A stretch of DNA of 36,237 nt from the sequence record BK061475.1; one strand, written 5' to 3'. The notes under the pieces are model-generated. The model worked only from the letters and a program-made list of their open reading frames with translations, had not been told where the DNA came from and made no database searches. Of the stretch, positions 1-9,252 are shown one piece after another; within the stretch, counting starts at the first letter, position 1; every line of letters starts with the position of its first letter. The position numbers were made by a program, and so were the translations under genes. Source of the stretch: Pseudomonas phage vB_PaeM-D14A.

Positions 1-39
1 ATGCCCGCCCCGCCTGGCAACCCCTCGTTTTATGTTGAC

Positions 40-330
40 CCATCGAAATTGGGTAATTTTGGTAATTCGTTTTCAGAATTGTCGTTTATTAATTTAAATT
101 CAATAGCTTACAGAAGTTTTTTAAAGGTAATAATAGGGTAATTTTGAGGTAATCGAATTACCTTTGTGCTGGGTAAGCTCGCCGATTTATGAGCCCCTTA
201 TAAATCAATGGCTTACAAAAAAATTACCTTTCCAATTACCCTAAATTACCTTTCAAGGTAATTGCTGAAAGCCAGTAACCACGCGGCATACAGCCCGCTT
301 ATAACCCCAAATTACCGAAATTACCTTTTT
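40..330. repeat. AT-rich block with at least 12 iterated GGTAATT/AATTACC heptamers (extended AATTACCTTT x4)
   Basis: Read directly: ggtaatt near 52, 61, 137 and 256; aattacc near 157, 223, 234, 245, 310 and 319. Local GC is far below the window average. Confidence 0.6.
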
Positions 331-411
331 CCGAGGGGTCAACAGAAAAACGCCCCCAGGAAGGCCCCTTGCCGCCCTCAGAAAAGGGCCTCTGGTGCAG
401 GGATTCGCAGG

Positions 412-431
412 GATTTCCGAGTTCGGAAATC
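412..431. promoter_or_regulatory. perfect 9-bp palindrome GATTTCCGA-gt-TCGGAAATC
   Basis: Inverted repeat read in sequence, about 80 bp upstream of the cos-like motif. Confidence 0.4.
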
Positions 432-506
432 GGAAGGTAGCGCCCAGCCTGGGCCATTGGCGGCGCTGTGCAGAAGTGCAGAAAAAGAGGTCTATTTAGA
501 GCGGAG

Positions 507-525
507 GCGTGGCGGGGGGACGACT
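507..525. other. candidate cohesive-end (cos) site GGCGTGGCGGGGGGACGAC
   Basis: First 12 nt match the conserved GGCG(A/T)GGCGGGG start of the P2/186 19-nt cos. It lies just upstream of the portal gene, as in P2. Confidence 0.4.
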
Positions 526-628
526 GCGCGCGCCGGGGGTTTTGGCCACTTTTTTTGCCGCCCCGACCCAAAATGCACCATTTTTGTGCAATAGCCGTTT
601 CGAACCCGGACACCCAGCACACGGGCAC

Positions 629-652
629 AAAAAAGCCGCCCGAAGGCGGCTT
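629..652 (-). terminator. rho-independent terminator after the portal gene
   Basis: On the minus strand, stem GCCGCC/GGCGGC with a TTCG tetraloop is followed by TTTTTTG, immediately 3' of the portal stop codon (678). Confidence 0.6.
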
Positions 653-677
653 CATGCGGAAATGCGAAGGGCGAGCG

Positions 678-1733
678 CTACTGGCCGCCTGGCGCCTCGA
701 ACTTCGAGAACCTCACGACCTCCTCCCCGATCAGCTCATTGACCTGCTGCAGGCGCGCCTGCATTGGCTCGAGTTCCAGGCTAGCCCAGACCGCTGCCGC
801 GTCGCTGATGGATCCGAACCCACCCGCGTTCTGCGGCACCACCCCCATCAGTTGCGGATAGATCCGCAGACCGGCAAGCTGGTCGTCGCGGCTGATATTC
901 TTGATCGAGCCGAATTCGTCCTTGGCCGCGACCTCGCTGACTGGAATGATCTGCAGGCCCTCTTTCTTCCCGTTCGGTGCGTAAACGAACAGGTTGCGGA
1001 AATTGCCAGGCCCCTTCGCGGTCTTCAGCGCCGTGCGCAGCGCGTCGATGTCTTCCTCGTTTTGTGCGGCGTCGGTCATGTAGAGGATGAAGCCGGCGTG
1101 GCTCCCGTTGTTGTAGTACTTACGCCGGAACAGCGTGGCCGACTCGTTCAGCAGGGCACTCTGCAGGGCGCAGAACCACTCCGGCACTCCGTAGATTTCC
1201 TGATTGATGTCGGCCTCGCGTAGCTGGATCACGCTGCCCTTCTCGAATTCGTGCTCATCCTTCCAACTGCGCACCTGGTAGAACGTCTCCAGATCGGTGC
1301 CGCGGCGCATGTACTTGGCCAGCGGCGCCTGCAGCGGCATCCGCGTACCCAGGCGCGAACGAGGCTGCTCGAGGTAGGCCGAGCCGAATGTCAGCCAGTC
1401 CAGGGAGAACTGCTCGAACGTCGCCCGGCTGAGCAGGCGGTGCGGGATGAAGGTCTTGGCCAGCATGTTGCGTTTGAACTTCAGGCCCGACTGCAGGTAA
1501 ACGCTCGACCCCACCGCTTTGGCCAGCCCCTCCATGGACAGCGGCGGCTCGTACCACCGCCCGTTCGACCAGCACTCGAGATAGTCGAGGATGCCCCGGC
1601 CGTCGAGCACAGGCATCGGATCACCGAAGGTGAACGCCTCGGCACGGCCGCCCTGGCGCGGGATGAACTCGCCTTCCTGGGCGGACTGGACTGTAACCGG
1701 CTGCTGGCGGCGGTGGCTGCGACGTTTGCTCAT
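678..1733 (-). CDS. Q: capsid portal protein (P2 gpQ-like)
   Basis: 351 aa, first gene leftward of the terminase ATPase. Size, position and order match P2 Q. Confidence 0.8.
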   Translation of the reverse strand: MSKRRSHRRQQPVTVQSAQEGEFIPRQGGRAEAFTFGDPMPVLDGRGILDYLECWSNGRWYEPPLSMEGLAKAVGSSVYLQSGLKFKRNMLAKTFIPHRLLSRATFEQFSLDWLTFGSAYLEQPRSRLGTRMPLQAPLAKYMRRGTDLETFYQVRSWKDEHEFEKGSVIQLREADINQEIYGVPEWFCALQSALLNESATLFRRKYYNNGSHAGFILYMTDAAQNEEDIDALRTALKTAKGPGNFRNLFVYAPNGKKEGLQIIPVSEVAAKDEFGSIKNISRDDQLAGLRIYPQLMGVVPQNAGGFGSISDAAAVWASLELEPMQARLQQVNELIGEEVVRFSKFEAPGGQ

Positions 1734-3514
1734 CAGAAAATCTCCATGCGCCCGGTATTCGCGGGGGTCTGCCCCTCGAGCGGCTCGTTCTGCAATGCGT
1801 GGAATAGCGCCCAGGCCAGATCGGCGTGGCCGGTGTTGTCGTTGCGGCCGGCGGTATAGGTGAACTGGCGCCCACCGGCCGTGATGGTCTTGCGGATAGC
1901 CATCAGCGCCTGGGCCAGGTCGGTCCAGCCGGCGTCGAATTCGAGGCGTCCGTTCTTGATCACCGACCAGGCCTTCATGACCAACTGCGTCTTCACCTCG
2001 GGCGAGTAGCTGAAGGTGCGCACCCCCGGGAAGAACTGGCGCACCAGCTGCGCGACGCCAGACCCCATACCGGTGGTGTCGACGCCGATATAGGTGACCC
2101 AGTAGCGCTGGGTCACCTTGCGGATGAACTCGGCCTGCTCGGCGAAGTCCTTGCCGCGGAACTGATGGCGCTCCAGCACGCGGAACTTGCCGCCCGGTAC
2201 CGCCGGCGGCGCCACCACCACCAGGCCCGCGGTATCACCCGTCTCGGCGGGGTCATAGCCGATCCACACCGGGCGATCGCCGAACGGGCGCAGCGCGAAC
2301 GGCTTGTAGTCCTCCGACCACAGGTCCCAGCTATCGACCATGCACGGTTGCAACATGGTCAGAGGGAAGATGCTCGCGCCGTCGTCGACGAACTCGCACA
2401 TCAACAGGTTCTGGAAAGCCTCGGCGTCGTACTCCAGGCGCAGTTCATCGATGTCGAATCGGTCGTAACCGCGCGCTTCGGCGTCGAGGATCGTGACGAT
2501 CTGCCGCCACATGCGGTCCTCGCACAGACGCCCCTGCTGCAGGGCATCGTGGCTCACGTCGATCTTGATGTGTTCGGCGCGCGGCTTGCCCTTGTTCAGG
2601 CGCTCACCGGTCCAGAAGGTGTACGCCTCATGGGCCATACTCGAAGGCGTCGAGAAGTAGGTCCGGCGGTACTCGCGCTGCATCGCCATCCCGGAGGCGA
2701 CTTTGTTCAGTTCCTGGAACCTGAAGGTCCAAAAAAACTCGTCGAAGTAGAAATTTCCGTGGTAGCCCTGAGCCGTCCGAGCATTGGTGCCGAGGAAGTG
2801 CAGTTCCGCGCCATTGGGCAACGTGATCGGGTCTCCCGTCAGTTCAACCCCGACAACATCACGCGCGAAGGCCTGAATGTAGCCCTTGAAGATGTGCGCT
2901 TGATTCTTCGATGCGGACAAGAAAATCTGGTTGCGCCCGGTGGTCAGTGCATCGATCAGCGCCTCGCGGGCGAAGTAGAAGGTGGCGCCGATCTGGCGGC
3001 TTTTCAGGATGACGCGGGTTCGCTGGTTGCCGGCGCGGTACCAGTCTTTCTGGTGCTCATAGCACTCATCGAGGAAGACCTCGACCAGTTTCTCGGTCAG
3101 TTCCTCGCTGATGTCGTTGCGCTTCGGTTTGCGCTTGGGACCTTCGTTACGCTTGGCAAGCTCGGGGTTCAGGTCGGTTTCCGTACCACCGCCCTGGTAG
3201 CGCTGGATCCGCGCCTGGCGCTCAAGCTGCCGATGCAGCAGGTCGATTTCCTTGTAGTCACCGCCGGTCTTCCCGTCCTTCAGGATCAACTGAACCAACC
3301 GGGCTTCCAGGGCGCCCCCGATCCGTTCTACGCTGTCGGCCCGGTCCCATCCGTCGCGGTCCTTCCATGAGTGAAGGGTCTTGTCCTTCTCGCCCAGGTG
3401 GTCGGCGATGTCGCAGACACGCCAGCCCATCCAGTACAGGAATTTGGCCTGGCGGCGATTGTCACGGATGGGAATTTCGACGGCAGCGTTCATGGCGCAG
3501 ATGCTGCCGCCCAC
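1733..3514 (-). CDS. P: terminase large (ATPase) subunit (P2 gpP-like)
   Basis: 593 aa versus 590 aa in P2. Divergent from the scaffold gene. The start overlaps the portal stop. Confidence 0.85.
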   Translation of the reverse strand: MGGSICAMNAAVEIPIRDNRRQAKFLYWMGWRVCDIADHLGEKDKTLHSWKDRDGWDRADSVERIGGALEARLVQLILKDGKTGGDYKEIDLLHRQLERQARIQRYQGGGTETDLNPELAKRNEGPKRKPKRNDISEELTEKLVEVFLDECYEHQKDWYRAGNQRTRVILKSRQIGATFYFAREALIDALTTGRNQIFLSASKNQAHIFKGYIQAFARDVVGVELTGDPITLPNGAELHFLGTNARTAQGYHGNFYFDEFFWTFRFQELNKVASGMAMQREYRRTYFSTPSSMAHEAYTFWTGERLNKGKPRAEHIKIDVSHDALQQGRLCEDRMWRQIVTILDAEARGYDRFDIDELRLEYDAEAFQNLLMCEFVDDGASIFPLTMLQPCMVDSWDLWSEDYKPFALRPFGDRPVWIGYDPAETGDTAGLVVVAPPAVPGGKFRVLERHQFRGKDFAEQAEFIRKVTQRYWVTYIGVDTTGMGSGVAQLVRQFFPGVRTFSYSPEVKTQLVMKAWSVIKNGRLEFDAGWTDLAQALMAIRKTITAGGRQFTYTAGRNDNTGHADLAWALFHALQNEPLEGQTPANTGRMEIF

Positions 3515-3540
3515 CCTCGCCCCTCAGTAGCGCCGCCCCT

Positions 3541-3559
3541 TGTAGCTCCGCGCCCTACA
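3541..3559. promoter_or_regulatory. TGT-N13-ACA dyad (TTGTAG-N9-CTACAA), candidate late-activator (Ogr-type) binding site for the O operon
   Basis: Inverted repeat read in the P-O divergent intergenic region. The same architecture recurs upstream of V and FI. Confidence 0.45.
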
Positions 3560-3648
3560 ATCCCGCTTGATTGCTGGGCCGCGCGCGCGTCCCGAACATG
3601 CCCCTCATTGCCATGCACCCCGCATCAGCCGCATTGAGGACTCCCGGC

Positions 3649-4470
3649 ATGAAGAAATTCCGCAGCAAATGGTTCCGCATCGCCGTCGAAGGGGCGACCA
3701 CGGACGGCCGCAACATCGAGCGCGACTGGATCGAGCAGATGGCCGCGCAGTACGACCCGAACACCTACGGCGCGCGGATCAACTGCGAGCACATCAAGTG
3801 GGCATGGCCGGCTGGTGAGTTCGGCGCCTATGGCGACGTGCTGGCGTGCAAGGCGGAAGAGATCGACATCAACGGGCAGAAGAAGCTCGCCCTCTTCGCC
3901 CAACTGGAGCCCAACCAGGCGCTGCTGGAACTGAACAAGCAGCGGCAGAAGGTCTACACCTCGGTCGAGATCGATCCCAAGTTCGCCGACACCGGCAAGG
4001 CCTACTTGGTCGGCCTGGCCATCACCGACTCACCCGCCAGCCTGGGCACCGAGGCGCTGTCTTTCAGCGCCAAGAACGGGACCCTCGCCAGCCGCAAGAC
4101 CAACCCCGACACCCTGTTCAGCGCTGCCGAAGAGGGCACCCTCGAGTTCGAGGAATACGAGGACAAGCCCTCGGTCGGCGCAGCGCTGTTCACCAAGGTC
4201 AAGGAACTGCTCAAGGGCAAGGAAGCCCGCACCCAAGCCGAGTTCGGCCAGGTCGGCGAGGCCGTCGAAGCGATCGCCGAGCACAGTCGCGACCTGGGTG
4301 AGCAACTCGGCGAACAGAAGAAGCAGACCCAGCAACTGGCCAGCCAGTTGGACAGGGTCACCAAGGAACTGGCGGACCTCAAGAGCACCCTCGATAGCAC
4401 CCGGGACCACAGCCAACAGCAGCGGCCCCCGGTCACCGGTGGCGGCAGTGTCGCCCTGACCGACTGCTAA
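3649..4470 (+). CDS. O: capsid scaffolding protein (P2 gpO-like)
   Basis: ATG at 3649 (MKKFRSKWF...) inside the longer ORF 3571-4470. 273 aa. Coiled-coil, acidic C-terminus. Position before the major capsid gene. Confidence 0.8.
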   Translation: MKKFRSKWFRIAVEGATTDGRNIERDWIEQMAAQYDPNTYGARINCEHIKWAWPAGEFGAYGDVLACKAEEIDINGQKKLALFAQLEPNQALLELNKQRQKVYTSVEIDPKFADTGKAYLVGLAITDSPASLGTEALSFSAKNGTLASRKTNPDTLFSAAEEGTLEFEEYEDKPSVGAALFTKVKELLKGKEARTQAEFGQVGEAVEAIAEHSRDLGEQLGEQKKQTQQLASQLDRVTKELADLKSTLDSTRDHSQQQRPPVTGGGSVALTDC

Positions 4471-4505
4471 CCGTCCCCCGCCCCGGTATCCAAAGGAAAA
4501 GCACC

Positions 4506-5522
4506 ATGCGCAACGAAACCCGCAAACAGTTCGACGCCTACCTGGCGCAGCTCGCCAAGCTCAACGGCGTGAACTCCGCCGTCCAGACCTTCGCCGTCGA
4601 GCCGAGTGTCCAGCAGAAGCTGGAGCAACGTATTCAGGAGTCCAGCGAGTTCCTGAAGCAGATCAACGTCTACGGCGTCGACGAGCTGCAGGGCGAGAAG
4701 ATCGGCATCGGCGTCAGCGGCACTATCGCCAGCCGTACCGATACCACTGGCGACGGTGTACGCAAGCCGCGCGACGTGTCCGCGCTCGACAACCAGCGTT
4801 ACGAGTGCAAGCACACCGACTTCGACACCGCCATCACCTACGCCATGCTCGACGCCTGGGCCAAGTTCCCGGAGTTCCAGGCCCTGCTGCGCGACGCGAT
4901 CCTCAAGCGCCAGGCCCTCGACCGCCTGATGATCGGCTTCAACGGTACCAGCGCCGCGGCTACCACCAACCGCGCCGCCAACCCACTGCTGCAGGACGTG
5001 AACATTGGCTGGTTCCAGCAGTACCGCAACAACGCTCCGGCACGGGTACTGAAGGAAGGGAAGGCCGCCGGCAAGGTGGTAGTCGGCAACGGCGCCGACG
5101 CCGACTACAAGAACCTCGACGCCCTGGTGTTCGACGTGGTCAGCAGCCTGATCGATCCCTGGCACCGCCGTGACCCGGGCCTGGTGGTGATCCTCGGCCG
5201 CGAGCTGGTCCACGACAAGTACTTCCCGATGGTGAACAAGGACCAGCCGGCAACCGAGAAGATCGCCACCGACCTCATCCTGTCGCAGAAGCGCATGGGC
5301 GGCCTGCCGCCGGTGGAAGTGCCCTACGTGCCCGAGAAGGGCCTCATGGTCACCACCCTGAAGAACCTGTCGCTCTACTGGCAGATCGGCGGTCGCCGCC
5401 GCTACCTGAAGGAGGTACCGGAGAAGAACCGCATCGAGAACTACGAGTCCAGCAACGACGCCTACGTCGTCGAGGACTACGGCCTCGGCTGCCTGGTCGA
5501 GAACATCGAAGTCGCGGAGTAG
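4506..5522 (+). CDS. N: major capsid protein (P2 gpN-like)
   Basis: 338 aa. Order O-N-M-L. Confidence 0.85.
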   Translation: MRNETRKQFDAYLAQLAKLNGVNSAVQTFAVEPSVQQKLEQRIQESSEFLKQINVYGVDELQGEKIGIGVSGTIASRTDTTGDGVRKPRDVSALDNQRYECKHTDFDTAITYAMLDAWAKFPEFQALLRDAILKRQALDRLMIGFNGTSAAATTNRAANPLLQDVNIGWFQQYRNNAPARVLKEGKAAGKVVVGNGADADYKNLDALVFDVVSSLIDPWHRRDPGLVVILGRELVHDKYFPMVNKDQPATEKIATDLILSQKRMGGLPPVEVPYVPEKGLMVTTLKNLSLYWQIGGRRRYLKEVPEKNRIENYESSNDAYVVEDYGLGCLVENIEVAE

Positions 5523-5527
5523 ATGAC

Positions 5528-6229
5528 ATGGCCTTCAGTCCCGCCAAGGCGCACTTCCTGCGCGTGACCGCCGCTCAAGAGGCGGCGGCCACTGCCCCGC
5601 ACCAGGGCATGGAAGGCGCGAACGCCTATGAGCTGCAGCTCGCCCAGCTGTATCAGGATCGTAGCCGCCTGAAGAACATCCAGTCCGGCGAAGGCAAGGC
5701 AGCGCTCAAGGTCGAGTTGCTGCCGGCCTACCAGCCGTACATTTCCGGCGTGCTGCAGGCCGGCAAGGGCGCCCAGGACGAGGTGATCACCACCGTCATG
5801 CTCTGGCGCATCGATGCCGGCGATTACGCCGGCGCCCTGGACATCGCCGACTACGTGCTCGCACACGACCTGGTCATGCCCGACCGCTTCGCGCGTACCG
5901 CCGGCTGCGTCATCGCCGAAGAGATCGCCGATGCCGCGCTCAAGGCACAGAAGACCGGCGGCAGCTTCGACCTTGCGACCTTGCATCGCACCCTCCTGCT
6001 CACCGACCAGGCTGACATGCCCGACGAAGCCCGCGCGAAGCTCTATCTCGCCGCCGGCCATGCCACTCTGGAAGGCCTTTCTGTAGAGAGCCCCGGCCAA
6101 CCCGGGCAGGTGCAAGCCGGCATCGATCTACTCAAGCGCGCGATCCAACTGCACGACAAGTGCGGCGGGAAGAAGGATTTGGAGGCCGCCGAACGGCTCC
6201 AGAAGAAACTGACCGCCTCTGGCGGTTGA
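5528..6229 (+). CDS. M: terminase small (endonuclease) subunit (P2 gpM-like)
   Basis: 233 aa, immediately after the capsid gene as in P2. Confidence 0.75.
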   Translation: MAFSPAKAHFLRVTAAQEAAATAPHQGMEGANAYELQLAQLYQDRSRLKNIQSGEGKAALKVELLPAYQPYISGVLQAGKGAQDEVITTVMLWRIDAGDYAGALDIADYVLAHDLVMPDRFARTAGCVIAEEIADAALKAQKTGGSFDLATLHRTLLLTDQADMPDEARAKLYLAAGHATLEGLSVESPGQPGQVQAGIDLLKRAIQLHDKCGGKKDLEAAERLQKKLTASGG

Positions 6230-6332
6230 CCGAGCGTACCCCGCGCCCCGCCGGCTCGGGGCCGATCTGCCAGGTCCTCTCCTTCCTGAGCAGTGACGCC
6301 CCGACCACCGGCGACCTCAAGCGAGCAGCAGC

Positions 6333-6794
6333 ATGAGCGGATTCATCGCCAACGGCCCGGTCCCGAGCGGGCACATCAACAGCGATCCCTTCTGGCCCAC
6401 CATCGAGCTCGAGCATGTGCGGGCGAACCTGCGCATCGACTCCAGCGTCGACCCGGCGCGCCTCGAAGTCGCGGTCATTGCCGCGGTGATCAGCGTCAAC
6501 CGCGAGCTGCGGGCCTGGCGCCTTGAGAAGATCGCGGCCGGCTATGCCGAACTCGTCCAGGTGCCGTCCGACAAGGTGCGGGACACCTCCGAACTGGTGC
6601 AGCTGTATCTGCGCGCAGTGCAGTCTGCCACCGCCGCCGAAGTGGCCGAGCGCTACCGCTGGTACGACACAACCACCAGCGGCAACGACAAGGCCCAGGA
6701 CATCGCAACCACCATCGACGACTACCGCCGCGACCAGCGCTGGGCGATCCGCGACTTTCTCAAGCGTCCCCGCACGACGGTGGAGCTGATCTGA
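6333..6794 (+). CDS. L: head completion/stabilization protein (P2 gpL-like)
   Basis: 153 aa. Position after M. Confidence 0.7.
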   Translation: MSGFIANGPVPSGHINSDPFWPTIELEHVRANLRIDSSVDPARLEVAVIAAVISVNRELRAWRLEKIAAGYAELVQVPSDKVRDTSELVQLYLRAVQSATAAEVAERYRWYDTTTSGNDKAQDIATTIDDYRRDQRWAIRDFLKRPRTTVELI

Positions 6795-7006
6795 TGGCCG
6801 CCGTCGCGATCGCCCACCAGAACGACACCGTCGAGGCGCTGTGCTGGCGGCACTACGGCCGCACCGCCGGCGTGACCGAGGCAGTCCTCGAGGCGAACCA
6901 CGGCCTGGCCGACCACGGCCCCACCCTCCCCCCTGGCCTCAAGGTCACCGTGCCGGACATTCCGACGACCGCCCCGGAACGGCAGATGGTGAACTTATGG
7001 GACTGA
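6794..7006 (+). CDS. X: tail protein X (P2 gpX-like)
   Basis: 70 aa. Start overlaps the L stop. Position as in P2. Confidence 0.65.
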   Translation: MAAVAIAHQNDTVEALCWRHYGRTAGVTEAVLEANHGLADHGPTLPPGLKVTVPDIPTTAPERQMVNLWD

Positions 7007-7030
7007 CCACTTTGCAAGGAACCACTCCGC

Positions 7031-7384
7031 ATGGCTGACCTCACCACCACCGCCACGGCCGGCGCCATCATGGGCCTCGGCCTGGGCGTAACCCTTCCGG
7101 TCGACGGCGGCATGCTGTTCGGCGCCCTGCTCGGCGCCTGGCTGGCCACCGGCACGAAGCAGGACCTGAAGGCCTGGTCGCGTCTGCTGTCGCTGATCCT
7201 GCCGACCTGCGTCGGCTACCTGTTCGCCGATGTCGCCCTCGCCCGCGTGCCCTGGCTGACCAACCTGGCCTTCTCTGCCTTCGTCTGCGCCCTGGTGGTC
7301 ATTCCTCTCAGCCTCAAGGCGGTCGCCTGGGTCGACAAGGTCGACTTCGACGACCTCTGGCGACGCATCCGAGGAGGTCGCTGA
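7031..7384 (+). CDS. holin-like membrane protein
   Basis: 117 aa with about four hydrophobic helices, directly upstream of the endolysin. Confidence 0.6.
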   Translation: MADLTTTATAGAIMGLGLGVTLPVDGGMLFGALLGAWLATGTKQDLKAWSRLLSLILPTCVGYLFADVALARVPWLTNLAFSAFVCALVVIPLSLKAVAWVDKVDFDDLWRRIRGGR

Positions 7385-7385
7385 C

Positions 7386-7658
7386 ATGCTCATGACTACC
7401 GTTCCATTGATCGCCGCCCTGGCCTACATCGCCGCCGCGCTGCGCCTGGTCTGCTACCAGCGCTGCGGCGCTCGCTTCCGCCGCAGCGTCTCGTTGCTCG
7501 CCAGCCTGCTCGGCGCATCCATGGCCATCTGCGGACTGGAAATCCTGCTCTACCGCCCACCGGTCAGCATCTGGCACGCCATCGTCGCCGCCCTGCTGTG
7601 CCTGCTGATCTTCCGTTCCCGCGGCAACGTCGCCGCCCTGCTGAGGCCATCCGCATGA
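7386..7658 (+). CDS. second small membrane protein of the lysis cassette (holin/antiholin-like)
   Basis: 90 aa, three predicted TM helices. Its stop overlaps the endolysin start (ATGA). Confidence 0.55.
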   Translation: MLMTTVPLIAALAYIAAALRLVCYQRCGARFRRSVSLLASLLGASMAICGLEILLYRPPVSIWHAIVAALLCLLIFRSRGNVAALLRPSA

Positions 7659-8461
7659 CCCTTCGATATGGTGACCGTTCTCAAGAGGTCCGCCAGCTGC
7701 AGCGTCGGCTGAACACCTGGGCCGGCGCCAACCTCTACGAGGACGGCCACTTCGGCGCCGCCACCGAGGACGCGGTGCGCGCCTTCCAGCGTTCGCATGG
7801 CCTGGTCGCCGATGGCATCGCCGGCCCGAAGACCCTGGCCGCCCTCGGCGGCGCTGACTGCTCGCACCTGCTGCAGAACGCCGACCTCGTCGCCGCCGGA
7901 GCTCGCCTCGGCCTGCCGCTGGCGACGATCTATGCAGTCAACCAGGTCGAGTCGAACGGCCAGGGGTTCCTGGGCAACGGCAAGCCGGCAATCCTGTTCG
8001 AACGCCACATCATGTACCGCCGTCTCGCCGCCCATGATCAGGTCACCGCCGACCAACTGGCCGCACAGTTCCCCGCGCTGGTGAACCCTCGCCCGGGCGG
8101 CTATGCCGGTGGAACCGCAGAGCACCAGCGCCTGGCGAACGCGCGCCAGATCGACGATACCGCCGCCCTGGAGTCGGCCAGTTGGGGCGCCTTCCAGATC
8201 ATGGGTTTCCACTGGCAACGCCTGGGCTACGTCAGCGTGCAGGCCTTCGCCGAGGCCATGGGGCGCAGCGAGTCTGCCCAGTTCGAAGCGTTCGTCCGCT
8301 TCATCGACACCGACCCGGCGCTACACAAGGCGCTGAAGGCTCGCAAATGGGCCGACTTCGCCCGCCTCTACAACGGCCCCGACTACAAGCGGAACCTCTA
8401 CGACGTGAAGCTTGAGCATGCCTATAAACAGCACACCGAAGCGCACAAGGAGACGACATGA
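7655..8461 (+). CDS. endolysin: N-terminal peptidoglycan-binding domain plus C-terminal N-acetylmuramidase-type domain
   Basis: ATG at 7655 (MTLRYGDRSQEVRQLQRRLN... PG-binding-like repeat). C-terminal GAFQIMGFHW motif region typical of phage muramidases. In the lysis cassette. Confidence 0.75.
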   Translation: MTLRYGDRSQEVRQLQRRLNTWAGANLYEDGHFGAATEDAVRAFQRSHGLVADGIAGPKTLAALGGADCSHLLQNADLVAAGARLGLPLATIYAVNQVESNGQGFLGNGKPAILFERHIMYRRLAAHDQVTADQLAAQFPALVNPRPGGYAGGTAEHQRLANARQIDDTAALESASWGAFQIMGFHWQRLGYVSVQAFAEAMGRSESAQFEAFVRFIDTDPALHKALKARKWADFARLYNGPDYKRNLYDVKLEHAYKQHTEAHKETT

Positions 8462-8700
8462 GAACCGGCGCGCAGTCTGGGGAGCACTTCCCCTACAAGG
8501 AGCTTTTGGAGCGCATGACCAAGCTGTCTCCGACTGGTTGTGTGGCCGTGGTACTACCGCGCGACACACCGATGGAGGACTGCCAAAAGATGGCCGACGC
8601 GCTCAAGCATGTGATGGCTGCTCCTCCGCTGGTCATCTGCGGTGACGTGCAGTCCCTGGATGAAGCGGCCATGAACGCCGCCGGCTGGTACCGAAAATGA
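8458..8700 (+). CDS. hypothetical soluble protein inside the lysis cassette
   Basis: 80 aa, no TM segment. Start overlaps the endolysin stop and its stop overlaps the Rz start. Confidence 0.45.
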   Translation: MRTGAQSGEHFPYKELLERMTKLSPTGCVAVVLPRDTPMEDCQKMADALKHVMAAPPLVICGDVQSLDEAAMNAAGWYRK

Positions 8701-9158
8701 CGATTCTCCGCCAGGCCCTATACGGCGCCGCCCTGCTCAGCGCCCTCGGCCTGCTCCTGTGGGTGCAGCAGCAGCGCATCGACCTGGCGCAGACCCGCCT
8801 GGCCCAGGCCGAGTTGGCGAGGAAAGCCAGCGACGCCCAGCTTTCCCGCCAGGCCGGCACCATCACGGCCCTCGAGGCCGCCCTTACCCGCGAGCGCCAG
8901 GCCCAGGCCGACCTGGACCACCAGCGGCAGCAGCTGCGCCAGGCGCTGGCCATCCGCGAACGCTTGATCGAGGACCTGAAACGTGACGATGAACCCTATC
9001 GCCAGTGGGCTGACCAGCCTCTGCCTGATGTTGCTCGCCGGCTGCAACAGCGCCCCGCTATCACCGGAGCGGCCGCTTACCATCAGTGGCTGTCCCGCCG
9101 TGACGCCCTGCAGCCTGGAGTCAGCGGCACCGAAGGACAACGGCGGCCTACAGACTGA
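8697..9158 (+). CDS. Rz-like i-spanin (P2 LysB-like)
   Basis: 153 aa. N-terminal TM (LYGAALLSALGLLLWV), then a Q/R/A-rich coiled coil. Confidence 0.75.
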   Translation: MTILRQALYGAALLSALGLLLWVQQQRIDLAQTRLAQAELARKASDAQLSRQAGTITALEAALTRERQAQADLDHQRQQLRQALAIRERLIEDLKRDDEPYRQWADQPLPDVARRLQQRPAITGAAAYHQWLSRRDALQPGVSGTEGQRRPTD

Positions 9159-9252
9159 AGTCGAGCGTATCGGCCTGGCCTGGGCCGAATGCGCCGCGAA
9201 GGTCGACATGATCATCCGCACCCAAGGGGCTACCCATGAACAAGCCCGATAG
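8983..9252 (+). CDS. Rz1-like o-spanin lipoprotein (P2 LysC-like), embedded in the +1 frame of Rz
   Basis: Lipobox LLAGC|N, Pro-rich. Starts inside Rz and extends past its stop. Confidence 0.7.
   Translation: MTMNPIASGLTSLCLMLLAGCNSAPLSPERPLTISGCPAVTPCSLESAAPKDNGGLQTEVERIGLAWAECAAKVDMIIRTQGATHEQAR

Noticed and set aside
1-60. Looked for a tRNA or tmRNA 3' end (typical att target) at the window edges
   Set aside because: No cloverleaf-compatible sequence or CCA-terminal acceptor stem recognised. attL/attR presumably lie outside the window.
468-1223. 251-aa plus-strand ORF
   Set aside because: Overlaps the portal gene antisense. No RBS, odd composition.
1826-3370. 514-aa ORF on the plus strand
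   Set aside because: Lies antisense across the entire terminase large-subunit gene. It is a typical high-GC shadow ORF with low-complexity Arg/Ala/Gly-rich composition.
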